64,000 nucleotides of DNA from Octopus sinensis (lineage: Eukaryota). The number at the start of each line of letters is the position of its first letter. Within the stretch, counting starts at the first letter, position 1. The DNA lies in NCBI RefSeq assembly GCF_006345805.1, contig NC_042999.1, positions 43,710,001 through 43,774,000 on the forward strand, in the 5' to 3' direction. Positions 49,861 through 62,300 of this stretch are shown in pieces. A model generated the notes under the pieces. It was given only the letters and a program-made list of their open reading frames with translations, was not told the origin of the DNA and searched no databases. Position numbers and translations under genes: made by a program.

Positions 49861-50118
49861 TCTGAGGTAGACTTTGCATTTCGGGGTTCATAAAGTAAGA
49901 ACCTGTTGAGCACTGGAGTCGATGTAATCGATTTTCTCCTCTCCTCTCTGAGGTAGACTTTGCCTTTCGGGGTTCATAAAGTAAGAACCTGTTGAGCACT
50001 GGAGTCGATGTAATCGATTTTCCCCTCTCCTCTCTGAGGTAGACTTTGCCTTTCGGGGTTCATAAAGTAAGAACCTGTTGAGCACTGGAGTCGATGTAAT
50101 CGATTTTCCCCTCTCCTC
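49861..50118 (+). repeat. Three tandem 86-bp units derived from the SINE-B core
   Basis: Units start at 49861, 49947 and 50033; they lie within a SINE-B copy (about 49780-50155). Confidence 0.92.
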
Positions 50119-50158
50119 AAAATTGCTGGCCTTGCGCCAAAATTTGAAACAATATTTT

Positions 50159-50422
50159 GGCCATGATCACGGATGATTAGGACAAATTCTATCGGTTTGG
50201 GTACGGTTAAGGTCACCATATCATGGCCATGATCACGGATGATTAGGACAAATTCTATCGGTTTGGGTACGGTTAAGGTCACCATATCATGGCCATGATC
50301 ACGGATGGTTAGGACAAATTCTATCGGTTTGGGTACGGTTAAGATCACCATATCATGGCCATGATCACGGATGATTAGGACAAATTCTATCGGTTTGGGT
50401 ACGGTTAAGGTCACCATATCAT
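50159..50422. repeat. Four tandem 66-bp units (minisatellite)
   Basis: ggccatgatcacggat.. starts at 50159, 50225, 50291 and 50357. Confidence 0.95.
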
Positions 50423-50463
50423 TTTAATGCGCAACCGAAACATAACCGGAACATTTTTACACG

Positions 50464-50516
<53 letters not shown>

Positions 50517-50714
50517 TGTGAGTTTTTCATGTATGAGAATAAGAACTACTGACAGTGTACTTTGTTAAATAATTTTTTGAAAGAAAAACAGACCAATTGC
50601 CTGGAATTAAAATGGTTAAAATGTATTAAAAAAAAAGACATACCACTTCACTTAGATTGTACTTAGTTTAAAGCTTCTGTTTTTCCAATACTTGTTTTCA
50701 TTGTTATGCATACC

Positions 50715-50960
50715 TAGCAAAGAGGAGGGTTATAAATACCATAACTGAAGCTGCAGAAAAGGTCGCTAGGTGGCTTTCGATAAAGGGAGGAAACCTGTAG
50801 TTTGCTGGTACTGGTGATGCCAGCTGGGACTTGATATATCCCAGCTTTTAACTAGGCTGGGATTTGATATATCTCATCTTCTAACTAGACTCGTAGGTTT
50901 CTGAAGCCTCACAAACATTACTGATGGTGCATCCCAAACCATCTTTGAGGTGCATCTTGG
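50715..50960 (+). mobile_element. Possible Hero-like RLE LINE 3' end
   Basis: ITEAAEKVARWLSIKG resembles the AAEKASRWLW C-terminus; followed by the hairpin gctggga..tcccagc. Confidence 0.45.
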
Positions 50961-51152
50961 AATTAGAATTAAAAGTGCTCAAAATAACAGTAGTGATTGT
51001 TGATACAACTAGACTGTTTCTTTTGTCAAGCCATTTTAAGTTATGGGCTTATGCTTTGACGACAACTGAATAAACACATTTTATTTCGATGTGTATTTTC
51101 AAAAGCTAAAAAAATTGAAGAAAGTAAAAATCTTAAAAAGTACATTAACAAT

Positions 51153-51550
51153 AGACGTAGGAGTGGCTGTGTGGTAAGTAGCTTGCTTACGAACCACATG
51201 GTTCCGGGTTCAGTTCCACTGCGTGGCACCTTGGGCAAGTGTCTTCTACTATAGCCTCGGGCCGGCCAAAGCCTTGTGAGTGGATTTGGTAGACGGAAAC
51301 TGAAAGAAGCCCGTCGTATATATGTATATATGTGTATGTGTGTATGTTTGTGTGTGTGTGTATGTGTGTGTGTGTGTGTATGTTTGTCCCCCCAACATCG
51401 CTTGACAACCGATGCTGGTGTGTTTACGTCCCCGTAACTTAGCGGTTCGGCAAAATAGACCGATAAAATAAGTCTTGGGATCGATTTGATCGACTAAAAG
51501 CGGTGCTCCAGCATGGCCATAGTCAAATGACTGAAACAAGTAAAAAAGTA
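51153..51550 (+). mobile_element. SINE-A
   Basis: Family match with a short deletion in the 3' half. Confidence 0.92.
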
Positions 51551-52177
51551 ACAGGAAAATATTTACGAAAACTTATTTCTGGAGTAAAAAAAATATAATT
51601 ATACAAGCGAACGAATATCGCCCTAAAGCATTATTTCAGGACATCGGGAAAAGTACAAAAGGGTTTATGCCAGATAGCAGTCTTTTATGTGCATGAGGAC
51701 TTTATTGGCATTCGTAGACATCCTGTGAATAAACAAATCTTCATCAGGTCGGCTGTAACACAATAATCTAGACATTCCGGACAGTGGCGTAGCTAGAATG
51801 TGTGATGCCTAAGGAAGATCTTGAGTTTTCCGCTTCAAGCTCCCTCCTTCGCCCTGCTCCCTCTGCACTCTTATACTGTAGTCCCTAAAGTACCGTCCTC
51901 ATAAAAGCGTAGCCAGGACCAGACCAATCCATTGCCATTCCCATCTTCCCACTTACGCTACGGAGACCAGACAAAAGTTTGTTAACTTTATGTTATAAGA
52001 ATAAATATCAGAATGAGGAATGTGTTTATATCAAGGAAAATATACTATACACTTCAAAATGTCATAAATTTATAGTATTGCAATAAATAAGAAACTAAAA
52101 TGATGCAATATTTAGTTTTTGCATTTGGTTTGCAAGATTCTTGATGTGAATTCATGTATTAAAATAGATTTTATTGT

Positions 52178-52383
52178 ATCTCGAGGAGGTCATTATGCCA
52201 ATAACACACGCACTAGTTAGATTTCACTTCTTTGTTACTCTATAATTGATTTAACTAATCGATTGCGAGATTAATCATTCAAGTAGTCAACCATTCAGTT
52301 ATGTCCTTCAATCACCAAATTGACCTCTTCAATGACACGTCTCTACTCCAGATCAGCTTCAGGCATAATGACCTGCCCGAGAT
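52178..52383. mobile_element. Small inverted-repeat-bounded element
   Basis: 22-bp inverted repeat with 2 mismatches: atctcgaggaggtcattatgcc / ggcataatgacctgcccgagat. Confidence 0.45.
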
Positions 52384-52704
52384 TCAATGATGATGCAATA
52401 TATATTAGAGCATTTCTTTTTAGCTTAGGTTTCATTATTAGCTTTCTTACAATCCTTTTTCGGATTTCTATTGTCTCTTAAATTGCCTTTTGTATACGAT
52501 TAAGTGTTGCAAATTTCCATTTGCTAAAAATAGAATCCCCCTCCCCGACAACCGGATGGCTATTGCTAAAAAATGCCAGGCATTCAATAAAACGTCTAAG
52601 ATTTATACAATATCAGTAACAAGAAAATATCATATCCTTGTGTGTAACCGGAAACGTAATGTTATACGTATGTACGTACTCAAGTACGTACGTATGAATG
52701 TATG

Positions 52705-53400
52705 CCATTATTCAGTTTATTTCAAGATTTCTTGCCAATAGAGAAAGAACCGGTTTCTAACCTAGATCCAAGACTCCTTCGTTGGAATTTCATCATCAAC
52801 AACAGGGTATTTTTGTTTGTATGTATATATGTATGTACATATTTGTATGTTTTATGTATGTATTCTCATGCATATAGTTGCATATCTAGACATGTTCATA
52901 TATATTCGAATGATAAACTTCAGTTCCAGTGATGGATTGGATCTGTAGTCTTCGAATTAGCTTTCTGTTTTCTGATTTTGAGAAGCTTAATTTCTCAAGA
53001 TTGGTATTTAGGCAGTGTGCTACATACATATCCCAGGAGCCCAGTAAATACAGGTGTAAACCTGAACTTGTAATCTGTATAGAGTAACTGCAGATTTCTC
53101 AATAGCTCAGCATAGGTGCTCTCTTTTTTACTGATCTTCAGCTTTATGTTAACATCCGCTGGGCAGCTAATTTCCACAACTGTGCCCAGTTCTTCTTTTC
53201 TGTCCCAAATCAATATCAGGTCTGTTGTGCTTATTGGGGTCTTCGCTGGATTCCACCAGTATTCCTTTTTATTATGATGGCTATGGCTTCTACCATATTG
53301 TGTATTCTTTCTTTGTCTCCGGGATTATCCTTCTGATTGATTTCATTATAGTGTCCTAGCTACATCATGTCACATCGGTAGACAATACCGTGATGGCATT
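52705..53400 (-). mobile_element. RLE-type (R4/Dong-like) LINE 3' portion, family 1
   Basis: RHD-like remnant, KEYWWN, WDRKEELGTVVEISCPADVNIKLKISKKESTYAELL and 3'UTR. Confidence 0.9.
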
Positions 53401-53473
53401 TTCGGATATGAATGTACGCATGTATGTATGCATACATGTATATATGAATGTATGTGTGTGCGTTATGTGTAGT

Positions 53474-53508
<35 letters not shown>

Positions 53509-53511
53509 ATT

Positions 53512-53755
53512 ATGGCACATGACTCGGCGGTTAGAATGTCAAGCTCAGAATCATGACGTCGTGAGTTCGATTCCCAGATTGCTCCAGTTCACTCAGCTGT
53601 AGAAATGAGTTGCGACGTCACTGGTAACAACCTTTGCCTTTCCCTTGGAGAAGGGAGGTTGGTCTTCCTTAACCTTTCCCAGACTTGTGCCTCAGAGGGT
53701 AACTTTCTAGGTGCAATTCTATGGTTATTCATGACTGAAGGGTGTCTTTACTCTT
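53512..53755 (+). mobile_element. SINE-F with deletions
   Basis: B-box gagttcgattccc; tail gtgcctc.gagggtaactttctaggtgcaat. Confidence 0.8.
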
Positions 53756-53880
53756 TTATATATAATATATATACATATATACGTATAATGTGTGTGTGTG
53801 TGTGTGTGTGTGATGTATTTGTGTAGATATATAATATATATATATATATATATGTGTGTGTGTATATATATATGTATGTA

Positions 53881-54530
53881 CGAGGGATGTTCATTAAAGA
53901 TTTTCCCTGACCTACATCCCAAACACTGAGATAAATGTAACTTGGCATAATTCTCTACATATCCACCGCAAATGGTGACACACTTCTCCCATTGCTTTGA
54001 AGACCTCGTCTGGAGAAGTCGGTAGGTTGTGTCTGGAACCAAGACTTTATTTCGGAAATAAGTTCGTCATCATCCGAAAAGTGTTTCCCCTTCAATAAAG
54101 ACTTCATGGTTGGAAAGAGGTGGGAGTCAGATAGTGCAAGGTCGGGAGAGTAATGGGGATGAGGAAAAATTTCATTGCGGAAAGAGTGTGCTTCTATCTG
54201 GGCAACATGCGCATTGTGAACTGGGGCGTTGTCTTGGAGAAGGCGCACTCCTTTGGTCAGCATGTCACGCCTCTCTGTTTTGATGGCGTTGCATATTATG
54301 CAACAGAGAAACATAATATGCCTCGTTAATTGTGGTGCCCTTTGCCAGAAAATCCATCATCACTACTCTGCACTGGTCCCAAAAAACTATGAGCATCACC
54401 TTGCCTGCTGAGGGTTGGACATGAACCTTCTTTGGAGGTGGTGAGTTATCATGCTTCCATTTCTTCGACTGGACTTTAGTCTCAGGAACATAGTGACGGA
54501 CCTATGTTTCGTCCTGTGTGATAAGCCTGC
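53881..54530 (-). mobile_element. Mariner (DD34D) transposase remnant with one TIR
   Basis: ITQDET*V..YVPETK, SAGKVML..FWD, LLQDNAPVH and HPHYSPDLALSD; TA-flanked TIR cgagggatgttc at 53881. Confidence 0.92.
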
Positions 54531-55329
54531 CGAAAAAAGGACATGATGGTGGCGACGAAGACGGAGGTTCGTTGAATGTCATGGTGACGAGGTTCGTAAG
54601 TCTCAACGTAGCTGCTGTGGTGTTGTCGCTGGAACTGGCTGTGCTTTGTGGTCAGTGGCTAGACCTTAAAAGGTCTGGAACCAAAAGCCTTGGAACGAGG
54701 AAAAGCTGAGTTTTTATAAGGAGTTTTAGGCTAAAACAGGGTTGTAAACAGGCTGTCTCACGTGATCCTATTTAGAGCCTCCGACTGGTTATATGCGGCA
54801 AGTTGGCGCAATAGCGTAAGAGACAAATTGCGCCAATACCAACCAATCAGAGTAATGGATACAACGGGATCCAAATTGTGGCCAAAGACTAGCTGTTCCC
54901 TGCTACGTTCAAATGCACGCATATATAATAAATGTGAGAGAGGAATTTCACCCGAGTCTACATCACAGTTTCATTGTTTGTTTACATCTAACGTTCCCAG
55001 ATACGAAACGTCGTAACAAAAATCAGTGCTGGCTATAATTTCTATAGAATATCTGTAGAGATAACCTTAATAAGTGATACAAAGCGCGCTGTTAACACAG
55101 TTGAACACGGTGTAGACTTATAAAAACATTTGATATACTTTATAGTATATTATGGTTGCCTAACGAAATACCGTGTTCCGACAAGTCATTAATATTTACG
55201 TACCAGCTTCCAGGAATGTGTTTAATATGTAAACTGATATATCCAATAACGTCACGCCGCTGTATTTAATGGCTATTTAACCAATGTGTTCGTAGATGAT
55301 ATAGGGTAAGTATCTTATTTACCTAAGTT

Positions 55330-55985
55330 TTAACATCATCTCCTTCTCAGCAATACACCCGTCCCAGCGTTCCTACCACTTTTGAAATCCAGCCTGGAAT
55401 TCGTTTTCCGTATGCAAGTCGAGGGCCTTCTGCGATTCGCTCTTGATTCGACAACGGTGATAGAATGGCGATATTTGAGCTGCATTTTCATTGGGGGGTG
55501 GGGGTAGGAATGGAAGTCCGCAGGTGCTAAAACTGGCGAATAGGGCTTGTGCAGAAGTGATACCATATTGTTTTTGGCGAGAGACTTACGAGTGAGCTTG
55601 CTTGCCTGCTTGCTTGAGACAGCATTCACCCGGGGTGGGTTGAGCTGGCTTCATTCATCCTCAATGCTACATCTCTCACAAACGCCGACCAGGCCTGGCG
55701 ATTTGAGGCTAACGACCGCGTGATCTCCAACCACCCCCTATTCCAGCGGCGAACGCCGTAGACATGGGGGCCTAGGTTGGGTTCCAGATCAGCCTTGACT
55801 GTCATCAGCCAGGTTTTTCGTTGTCCACCACATCGCTTTCGCTAACCCTGAAGGGGAGCTGGGGCAATTGCTTCGTAGATGAATTCTCCTGGCTGACGAC
55901 GGAGAGCATGACCCAGCCACGAGTGAGCAGAGTTCGGTGACAGGGTGCATTGTCGTCATGAAGAATCCAAATGTTCGCGGACGTT
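55330..55985 (-). mobile_element. Second mariner remnant, interrupted by an RTE-like LINE
   Basis: WILHDDNAPCH..LLTR|KSLAKNNM..HKPYSPVLAPADF reads through once 55598-55928 is removed. Confidence 0.88.
55598..55918 (-). mobile_element. RTE-like LINE 3' end, 5'-truncated, with (CAAG)n tail
   Basis: WLGHALRR..RKTW..TVKADLE C-terminus; 10-bp TSD acgagtgagc at 55588-55597 and 55919-55928. Confidence 0.85.
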
Positions 55986-56044
55986 AGGATTACCTACACG
56001 GACCCATACGACAGACTAACATCAGCAATGTCATTGATTCTCCT

Positions 56045-56185
56045 CCGATTTTGCTGAGGTCGATTTTGCCTTTCATCCTTTTAGGATCAATAAAATATGT
56101 ACCATTTGAGCACTGGGTCCGACGTATTACTTACTCCTTACCCCGAAATTGCTGGCCTTGTACCAATATTTCAAATCAATATTTT
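56045..56185 (+). mobile_element. SINE-B fragment
   Basis: gaggtcga.tttgcctttcatcctt core. Confidence 0.75.
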
Positions 56186-56409
56186 AACGTAATTTTGCCG
56201 ACTTACGGTCGTAAAGTGTACTTAGTCTTAGAACTCAATCAGTTTATTTCCATCTTTATTCCGACACGTGTGCGCGAGCACACATATATTTCCACTTGAA
56301 TAATTAGATATTTTAAATGTTTGAGTCATTAAGTGGAATTTGGATAACAAGAATAAGGGTTGCGTGTTGAACTTTAGAAAGTTTTACATATTTTTATTGT
56401 TTCATATTA

Positions 56410-56550
56410 TATGCGGCTGTGTGGTAAGTAGCTTACCCGAACCAACCACATGGTTCCGGGTTCAGTCCCATTGCGTGGCACCTTGGACAAGTGTCTTCTA
56501 CTATAGCCTTATGACTGGATTTGGTAGACGGAAACTGAAAGAAGCCCGTC

Positions 56551-56606
<56 letters not shown>

Positions 56607-56810
56607 ATGTTTGTCTGTCTGTGTTTGCCCCCCCCCAACATCGCTTGACAACCGATGCTGGTGTGTTTACGTCCTCGTCACTTAGCGGTTCGGCAAGAGA
56701 GACCGACAGAATAAGTACAAGGCTAAGAAAGAATAAGTCCTGGGGTCGATTTCCTCTACTAAAGGCGGTGATCCAGCATGGCCGCAGTCAAAATGACAAA
56801 CAAATAAAAG
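56410..56810 (+). mobile_element. SINE-A
   Basis: Family match. Confidence 0.92.
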
Positions 56811-57137
56811 AATATGTTTTAGCTTGTCAGTGCCTTAAAAGGCAAACTTTTTGGAATTGTCATTTAGACGTATACTATCATATCCAATAACACCAATAAT
56901 TATTGGTATAAATGTGAATTTGTAACGTAGTAAAGAAATTGCATGTTATGAAGCAATAGTCATTTAATATTCTCTTTCTCATTAATTTTGGGGAAAATGC
57001 TCATCTCTAGAAGGTAGCTGGCTCCTATGATTGTATATGAATTCTTTTTTCTTCCACAACACCTATATCAGGACTGCCGCCCTTGCATTTTGCGGACGAT
57101 TCTATAAGAATATTCCACTAATAGTCCTTGCGTTATA

Positions 57138-57538
57138 TACTCTTTTACTTGTTTTAGTCATTTGACTGTGGCCATGCTGGAGCACTACCTTTAGTCGAAT
57201 AAATCGACCCCAGGACTTGTTCTTTGTAAGCCTAGTACTTATTCTATCGGTCTCTTTTTACCGAACCCCTAAGTTACGGGAACATAAACACACCAGCATC
57301 GGTTGTCAAGCGATGGTTGGGGGACAAACACAAACACAAACACATACATACATATATATACAGATATATATACGACGGGCTTCTTTCAGTTTCCGTCTAC
57401 CAAATCTACTCACAAGGCTTTGGTCGGCCCGAGACTACAGTAGAAGACACTTGCCCAAGATGCCACGCAGCGGGACTGAACCCGGAATCATGTAGTTGGG
57501 AAGCAAGCTTCTTACCACACAGCCACTCCTGCGCCTAA
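57138..57538 (-). mobile_element. SINE-A
   Basis: Family match; inverted relative to 56410-56810. Confidence 0.92.
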
Positions 57539-57699
57539 TATGTATGATTTTTTTTACTTTGAGCTTTATTTAAGTTCTTCTAAAGAGAGTTCAAACCAGC
57601 TAACAAAGTGATAAGACTTGTATATTGGTTGAGTTGTCGGTGCACATATCCAGATGTGTATATCTATTCGCCTAAAGAATCTCAGATGGAGAATTTTTG

Positions 57700-57790
57700 G
57701 AATGTCTTCTAAATTTTCACTGTGCCGCTAATAGATTGGATTTGGAGAATCCGCGTCAGTTTCTTTTGCTCTTTCTTCGAAAACCTTGTA
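57700..57790 (-). mobile_element. RLE LINE C-terminal fragment
   Basis: [24 protein letters not shown]. Confidence 0.7.
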
Positions 57791-57883
57791 TTTCTACTTC
57801 TTTGTGTGTGTAAATATGCATATATGTAAGTATGTATATATGTATGTACGTACATGCGTACATATGCATGTATGTTTGTATAC

Positions 57884-57953
<70 letters not shown>

Positions 57954-58119
57954 GTATATGTGTAATATGTATATATGCATGCATGTACGTATGTCTGCCT
58001 GTCTGTCTATCTGCCTGTATCTCTTTATCTGTGTTTATGTATGTTTGCGTGTATTATATATGCAGTTACATGAGTATTGTCTATATTTATCCCAGTGGCG
58101 GAGGGCACATTGCTCCAGT

Positions 58120-58460
58120 TACTTAGCTCAGTGGTTAGAGCACAATCATGAGGTAGTGAGTTCGGTTCCTAATCGGGCTGTGCGTTGTGTTCTTGAGCAA
58201 GTTACTTTATTTCATATTGCTCCAGTTACTTAGCTGTAGAAATGAGTTGCGACGTTACTGGTGCCAAGCTGTATCGACCTTTGCCTTTCCCTTGGAAAAC
58301 ATCAGTGACGTGGAGAGGGAGGCAGGTATGCATGAGGGACTGCTGGTCTTCTATAAACAATCTTGCCCAGACTTGTGTCTCGGGTGGGTGTGGATGTGGG
58401 GAACTTTCTAGGTGCAATCCCACAGTTATTCACGACCGAAGTGGGGTCTTTATCTTTTTC
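58120..58460 (+). mobile_element. SINE-F
   Basis: Homologous to 27835-28155. Confidence 0.85.
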
Positions 58461-59109
58461 CCTTTATTCCAAGATAGTCTTTCCTACGGATAGCACTGCG
58501 TGTTGTTTTAGTAACAACATCAGATGTATATGTGACTGTAGGTATACTTGCATGTATGTTTTTCGTGTGTGTGTGTTGTGGTATATTGCATGTGTGTACT
58601 TGTGGTTTAATGTATATGAATTTTTCTTTTCTCTCCTCGATTTTCTTTTTTTTTTTTCCATGACAACATTTTCCTGCTTTTCGCTTTGTAATCAAACATC
58701 TTTCAACTTTAGTCAGAAGGAATGAATCACAAGAGAAATGAAAATGGAAAACTGTAAAGACAACTGAACCCAAACGAAAACTGACAATGAACTTGAATTC
58801 ACGTGGTAAGGCAATGTCATGCTATATTGTTAAGTCCACGCGATCTCACAATGTCAAGTGAGATCTTCAGCTTAACATTAATCGCTGTTTAAAGCAAAGA
58901 AGGCCACGCAGACTAAAACTGAATGAATAAACAAATAGATAAAGTGGTTAATCATAAATAAATATTACTAATTCTGGCAGAAAGCCACGCATTTTGTTAT
59001 CAAGGACGTCACGAATCCTGTTAATTGATTATTGACATGGGCCAGCGGTTCTCAAACTTACTTACTGCAGAAACCCCAAATACAGCCATTAAAATAACAA
59101 CAACAGGAA

Positions 59110-59191
59110 AGAACAACAACAACGACGACGACGACGATGATGATGATGATAATAATAATAATAATAATATTAATAATAATAATAATAATAT

Positions 59192-59226
<35 letters not shown>

Positions 59227-59237
59227 ATAATAATAAT

Positions 59238-59269
<32 letters not shown>

Positions 59270-59270
59270 A
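59110..59270. repeat. Compound AAC/GAC/GAT/AAT trinucleotide microsatellite
   Basis: Directly visible stepwise change of the repeat unit. Confidence 0.95.
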
Positions 59271-59589
59271 TCTTTCCCCAAGGGACGAACACAAAACAAA
59301 AAGGGGCCATGCAACACAAGGGAGAAGTGGGGCTTAACACAAAAATTCGTGTGTAAAATAAAATAATTACAATTAACAACACAAATTTAACAATAAAATT
59401 TCTCAAAAGTGAGGAATTTCGCCCAGGGTAACCAAGGAACCCCAAACATCTTGGTCACCCCGACCGTCATGAGCACTCAGACAGGCACTTTACTTTTAAC
59501 TCAATCACTCCAGCTTGCAAGCGTTTGTTCAGAGTAGGCCCATTTACACGGGTCAAGCAAAAAAGAAAACGTTGGGATTGGTACTGGAC

Positions 59590-59835
59590 AATACGATGTA
59601 GAGTTACATAAAGAAGCGTGTAAAAAGTAGAGTAGAAACACAGTAATAATGTAAATTCTAATGATAAGTAATTCTCCCAAAGAGGGAGATTTCCTAGGGC
59701 TGCTAGTAGAAACACCAGAAAACTACGTCGCCCGACCACTAAGGCAAGCGCTCTCTCCACATCGTTTTCCTTCAGTTGAAGGTGCATGCTTAGAGTACGC
59801 CTGTTCACTCGGGCTATTCTTTCTACATTGACCCT
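59590..59835 (-). mobile_element. L1/Tx1-type LINE 3' end fragment
   Basis: Reverse complement resembles 19600-19750 and 12010-12160. Confidence 0.6.
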
Positions 59836-59930
59836 ACTTTCGACAAAATTGCTGGGACGTAAAGACAGACGAAATACCTCTAAGCATTTCGCCCGGCATG
59901 CTAACATTTCTACTAGCTCGCCACCTTATA
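59835..59930 (-). mobile_element. SINE-B head
   Basis: gacgaaatac..taagcatttcgcccggc.tgctaac. Confidence 0.8.
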
Positions 59931-59989
59931 ACTAAAGGATATTATCACTTCTGCGTCCAAATTTTCCCTGCTTGTGTATATGTTGAGGT

Positions 59990-60405
59990 GTAGACGTAGT
60001 TGTATGGTAAGTAGTTTGCTTTCCAACCAGATGGTTCTGGGTTCAGTCCCGCTGCGTAGCACTTGGGGCAAGTATCTTCTACTATAACGTCAGGCCGACC
60101 AAAGCAATGTGACTGGATTTGCTAGTTGGAAACTAAGAAGCTCGTCGACTTTATGTATATATGTATGTGTGTGCATGTCTTTGTGTATGTATTTAACCCC
60201 TCCTCCACCACACTCACACCGCTCGACAACTGTTATTGGTTTGTTTACGTCCCTGTAACCAAGAGATCCTGCAAACGTGTCTGATAGAATAAGTATCATG
60301 CTTTAAATAGCATAAGTACTGGGATCGCTTTGTTTGTCTAAATTGTTCAGGGCGGTGCTCCAGCATGACCGCAGACCAATGACTGAAACAAATGAAAGGT
60401 AAAAG
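59990..60405 (+). mobile_element. Old SINE-A
   Basis: Family match. Confidence 0.85.
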
Positions 60406-61069
60406 ATAAATAGTCAATTCAAATAAACAATCAATTCAAATAAGCAAATAAAATTAACGAACAACGAGCGGATGTGCACAAAGAATGTATCAGCTTGACG
60501 CTCGGTGAAAAGAGTGAGTTTGACGTTTCGAGCATAGCTCTTCGTGGGAAAGGAAAAAAAGGAAAACTGTTAATGGGGAAAAAAAATCGCCAACAGCACG
60601 TTTGTAGTTACACACATACACACACCACATATATATATATATATTTATGTATCTATGTATGCATGCATGCACACACATATACATGCATGTCTATATATTT
60701 TTTATTCAAAGTACCGCTTTGCTGCATTGAAAATGTATTTAATGATTAATGTTGTGTGAACCAGATGGCATATGTTTTTATAGGTTTCTGCACCAGCTGA
60801 GCTTCTATAAATATGGATGTGCATGTGTGCGTGTGTGTGTGTCATCTGCACCAGATGCAATATGTTAAATTCAACTGCTTAAGTGTCGTCTGCACATATC
60901 AAAACACCTCTTCCAGAGAATGGGCGTGTCACAATTAATCATCGCACAAAAATACGAATGAATAAATGAATGAAATAAGAAAGTAGGGAAAAGATGACAT
61001 ATTCGTAAGTATCTAAACTAATAGGATACCAAGTAATAAACGTACTGGAGTCTGATAAAGACCTTATCT

Positions 61070-61290
61070 TTATCTTTTCCTTGCTTCAGTCATTAGACCG
61101 CGACCATGCTGGAGCACCGCTTTGAAGAGCTTTTAGTCGAATAAATCATCTCAAGTATTTATTTATTTATTATATAAAATGTGATACTTATTCTAACCGC
61201 AACTTTTTGTCGAACCGCTAAGTTACGGGGACGTAAACACACCAGCACTGGTTTCCAAGCGGTCGTGGGAGGAGAAACACAGACGCAAAG

Positions 61291-61328
<38 letters not shown>

Positions 61329-61510
61329 ACGCACGCACACATATATACGGCGGACTTCTTTCGGTTTCCGTCTACAAGATCCGCTTACAAGGCTTTGGTC
61401 ATCTTGAGGCTTATAATAGAAGACACTCGCCCAAGGTGCCACGCAGCGAGACTGAACCAGAAATCATGTGGTTCGGAAGCAAGCTTCTTACCACACAGTC
61501 ACGCCTGCAC
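61070..61510 (-). mobile_element. SINE-A
   Basis: Family match. Confidence 0.88.
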
Positions 61511-61520
61511 TTATATCATA

Positions 61521-61738
61521 CGAGGGGGCGCTGAAAAGTTTCTGGCTTTAGGTAAAAGAAAATACAGGAGGATCAGTTGATTATGATTTTATCCAACATA
61601 TTCCCCTCTCAGATTCACACTCTTATTGCAGTGGCCCTTCAGTTTTTCTAAGCCCTGTAAAAGAGCATGGGAGGGTGAGCCTCCAACTAGACCTTTCACA
61701 ATGCGTTTAAAGCCAGGAACTTTTCAGCACCTGCTTGT
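61521..61738. mobile_element. Mariner-derived MITE with TA flanks
   Basis: ta-cgagggggcgctgaaaagtttctggcttta .. taaagccaggaacttttcagcacc..ta. Confidence 0.88.
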
Positions 61739-62300
61739 ATATACTCCGATTCAAATTTGAAAACGAAAACTTTATATTCGTTGTTCTATATAATATGAAA
61801 TTAGGAGTGCTTTACAGTTAACTGTTGTTGGTGGTGGATGAACGTATCTAGATATTATCTTTGAATCACATTTCCTTTTTTTCTTTTCTTTTTCATATTA
61901 TCGCATAATTAAAACTTTTAAACATTGTAACAGAATTTTCCCGTTGTTAGGGTTCGCCTCTCATTCTTTTCCTTGTTGTTCGTTTGTTTATGAATGACCT
62001 CGTTAAAAATGTCGTTAATGATAACACTGATAATAATGGTAATAGATGATAATCGACGGCGTTAATGGAAGGAAATTGGTAATGACAATAATAATAATAT
62101 TTGCTCTAAGGGCTGAAAGAAAAGCAAAGTCAGGAACAAAATAACCAAAAAAAAAAAAAAGCCACAAAATGTAACATAATGGGTGGGGGTGTTACATGGG
62201 TCGTGTAAAAATGTTAACAAAACAACAAATAACAAAATATCAGCAAACAAAATTCCGCATAGGGGTAACCAATGAACCCCACAAATAGAGAAGGGCCTCT

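Noticed and set aside
49861-50422. CRISPR-like array
   Set aside because: Units are contiguous and near-identical with no unique spacers; eukaryotic context with no cas genes.
52200-52480. Protein-like minus-strand reading (IEEVNLVIEGH..VDYLND)
   Set aside because: Interrupted by several stops and I cannot assign it to any family; a translated search would be needed.
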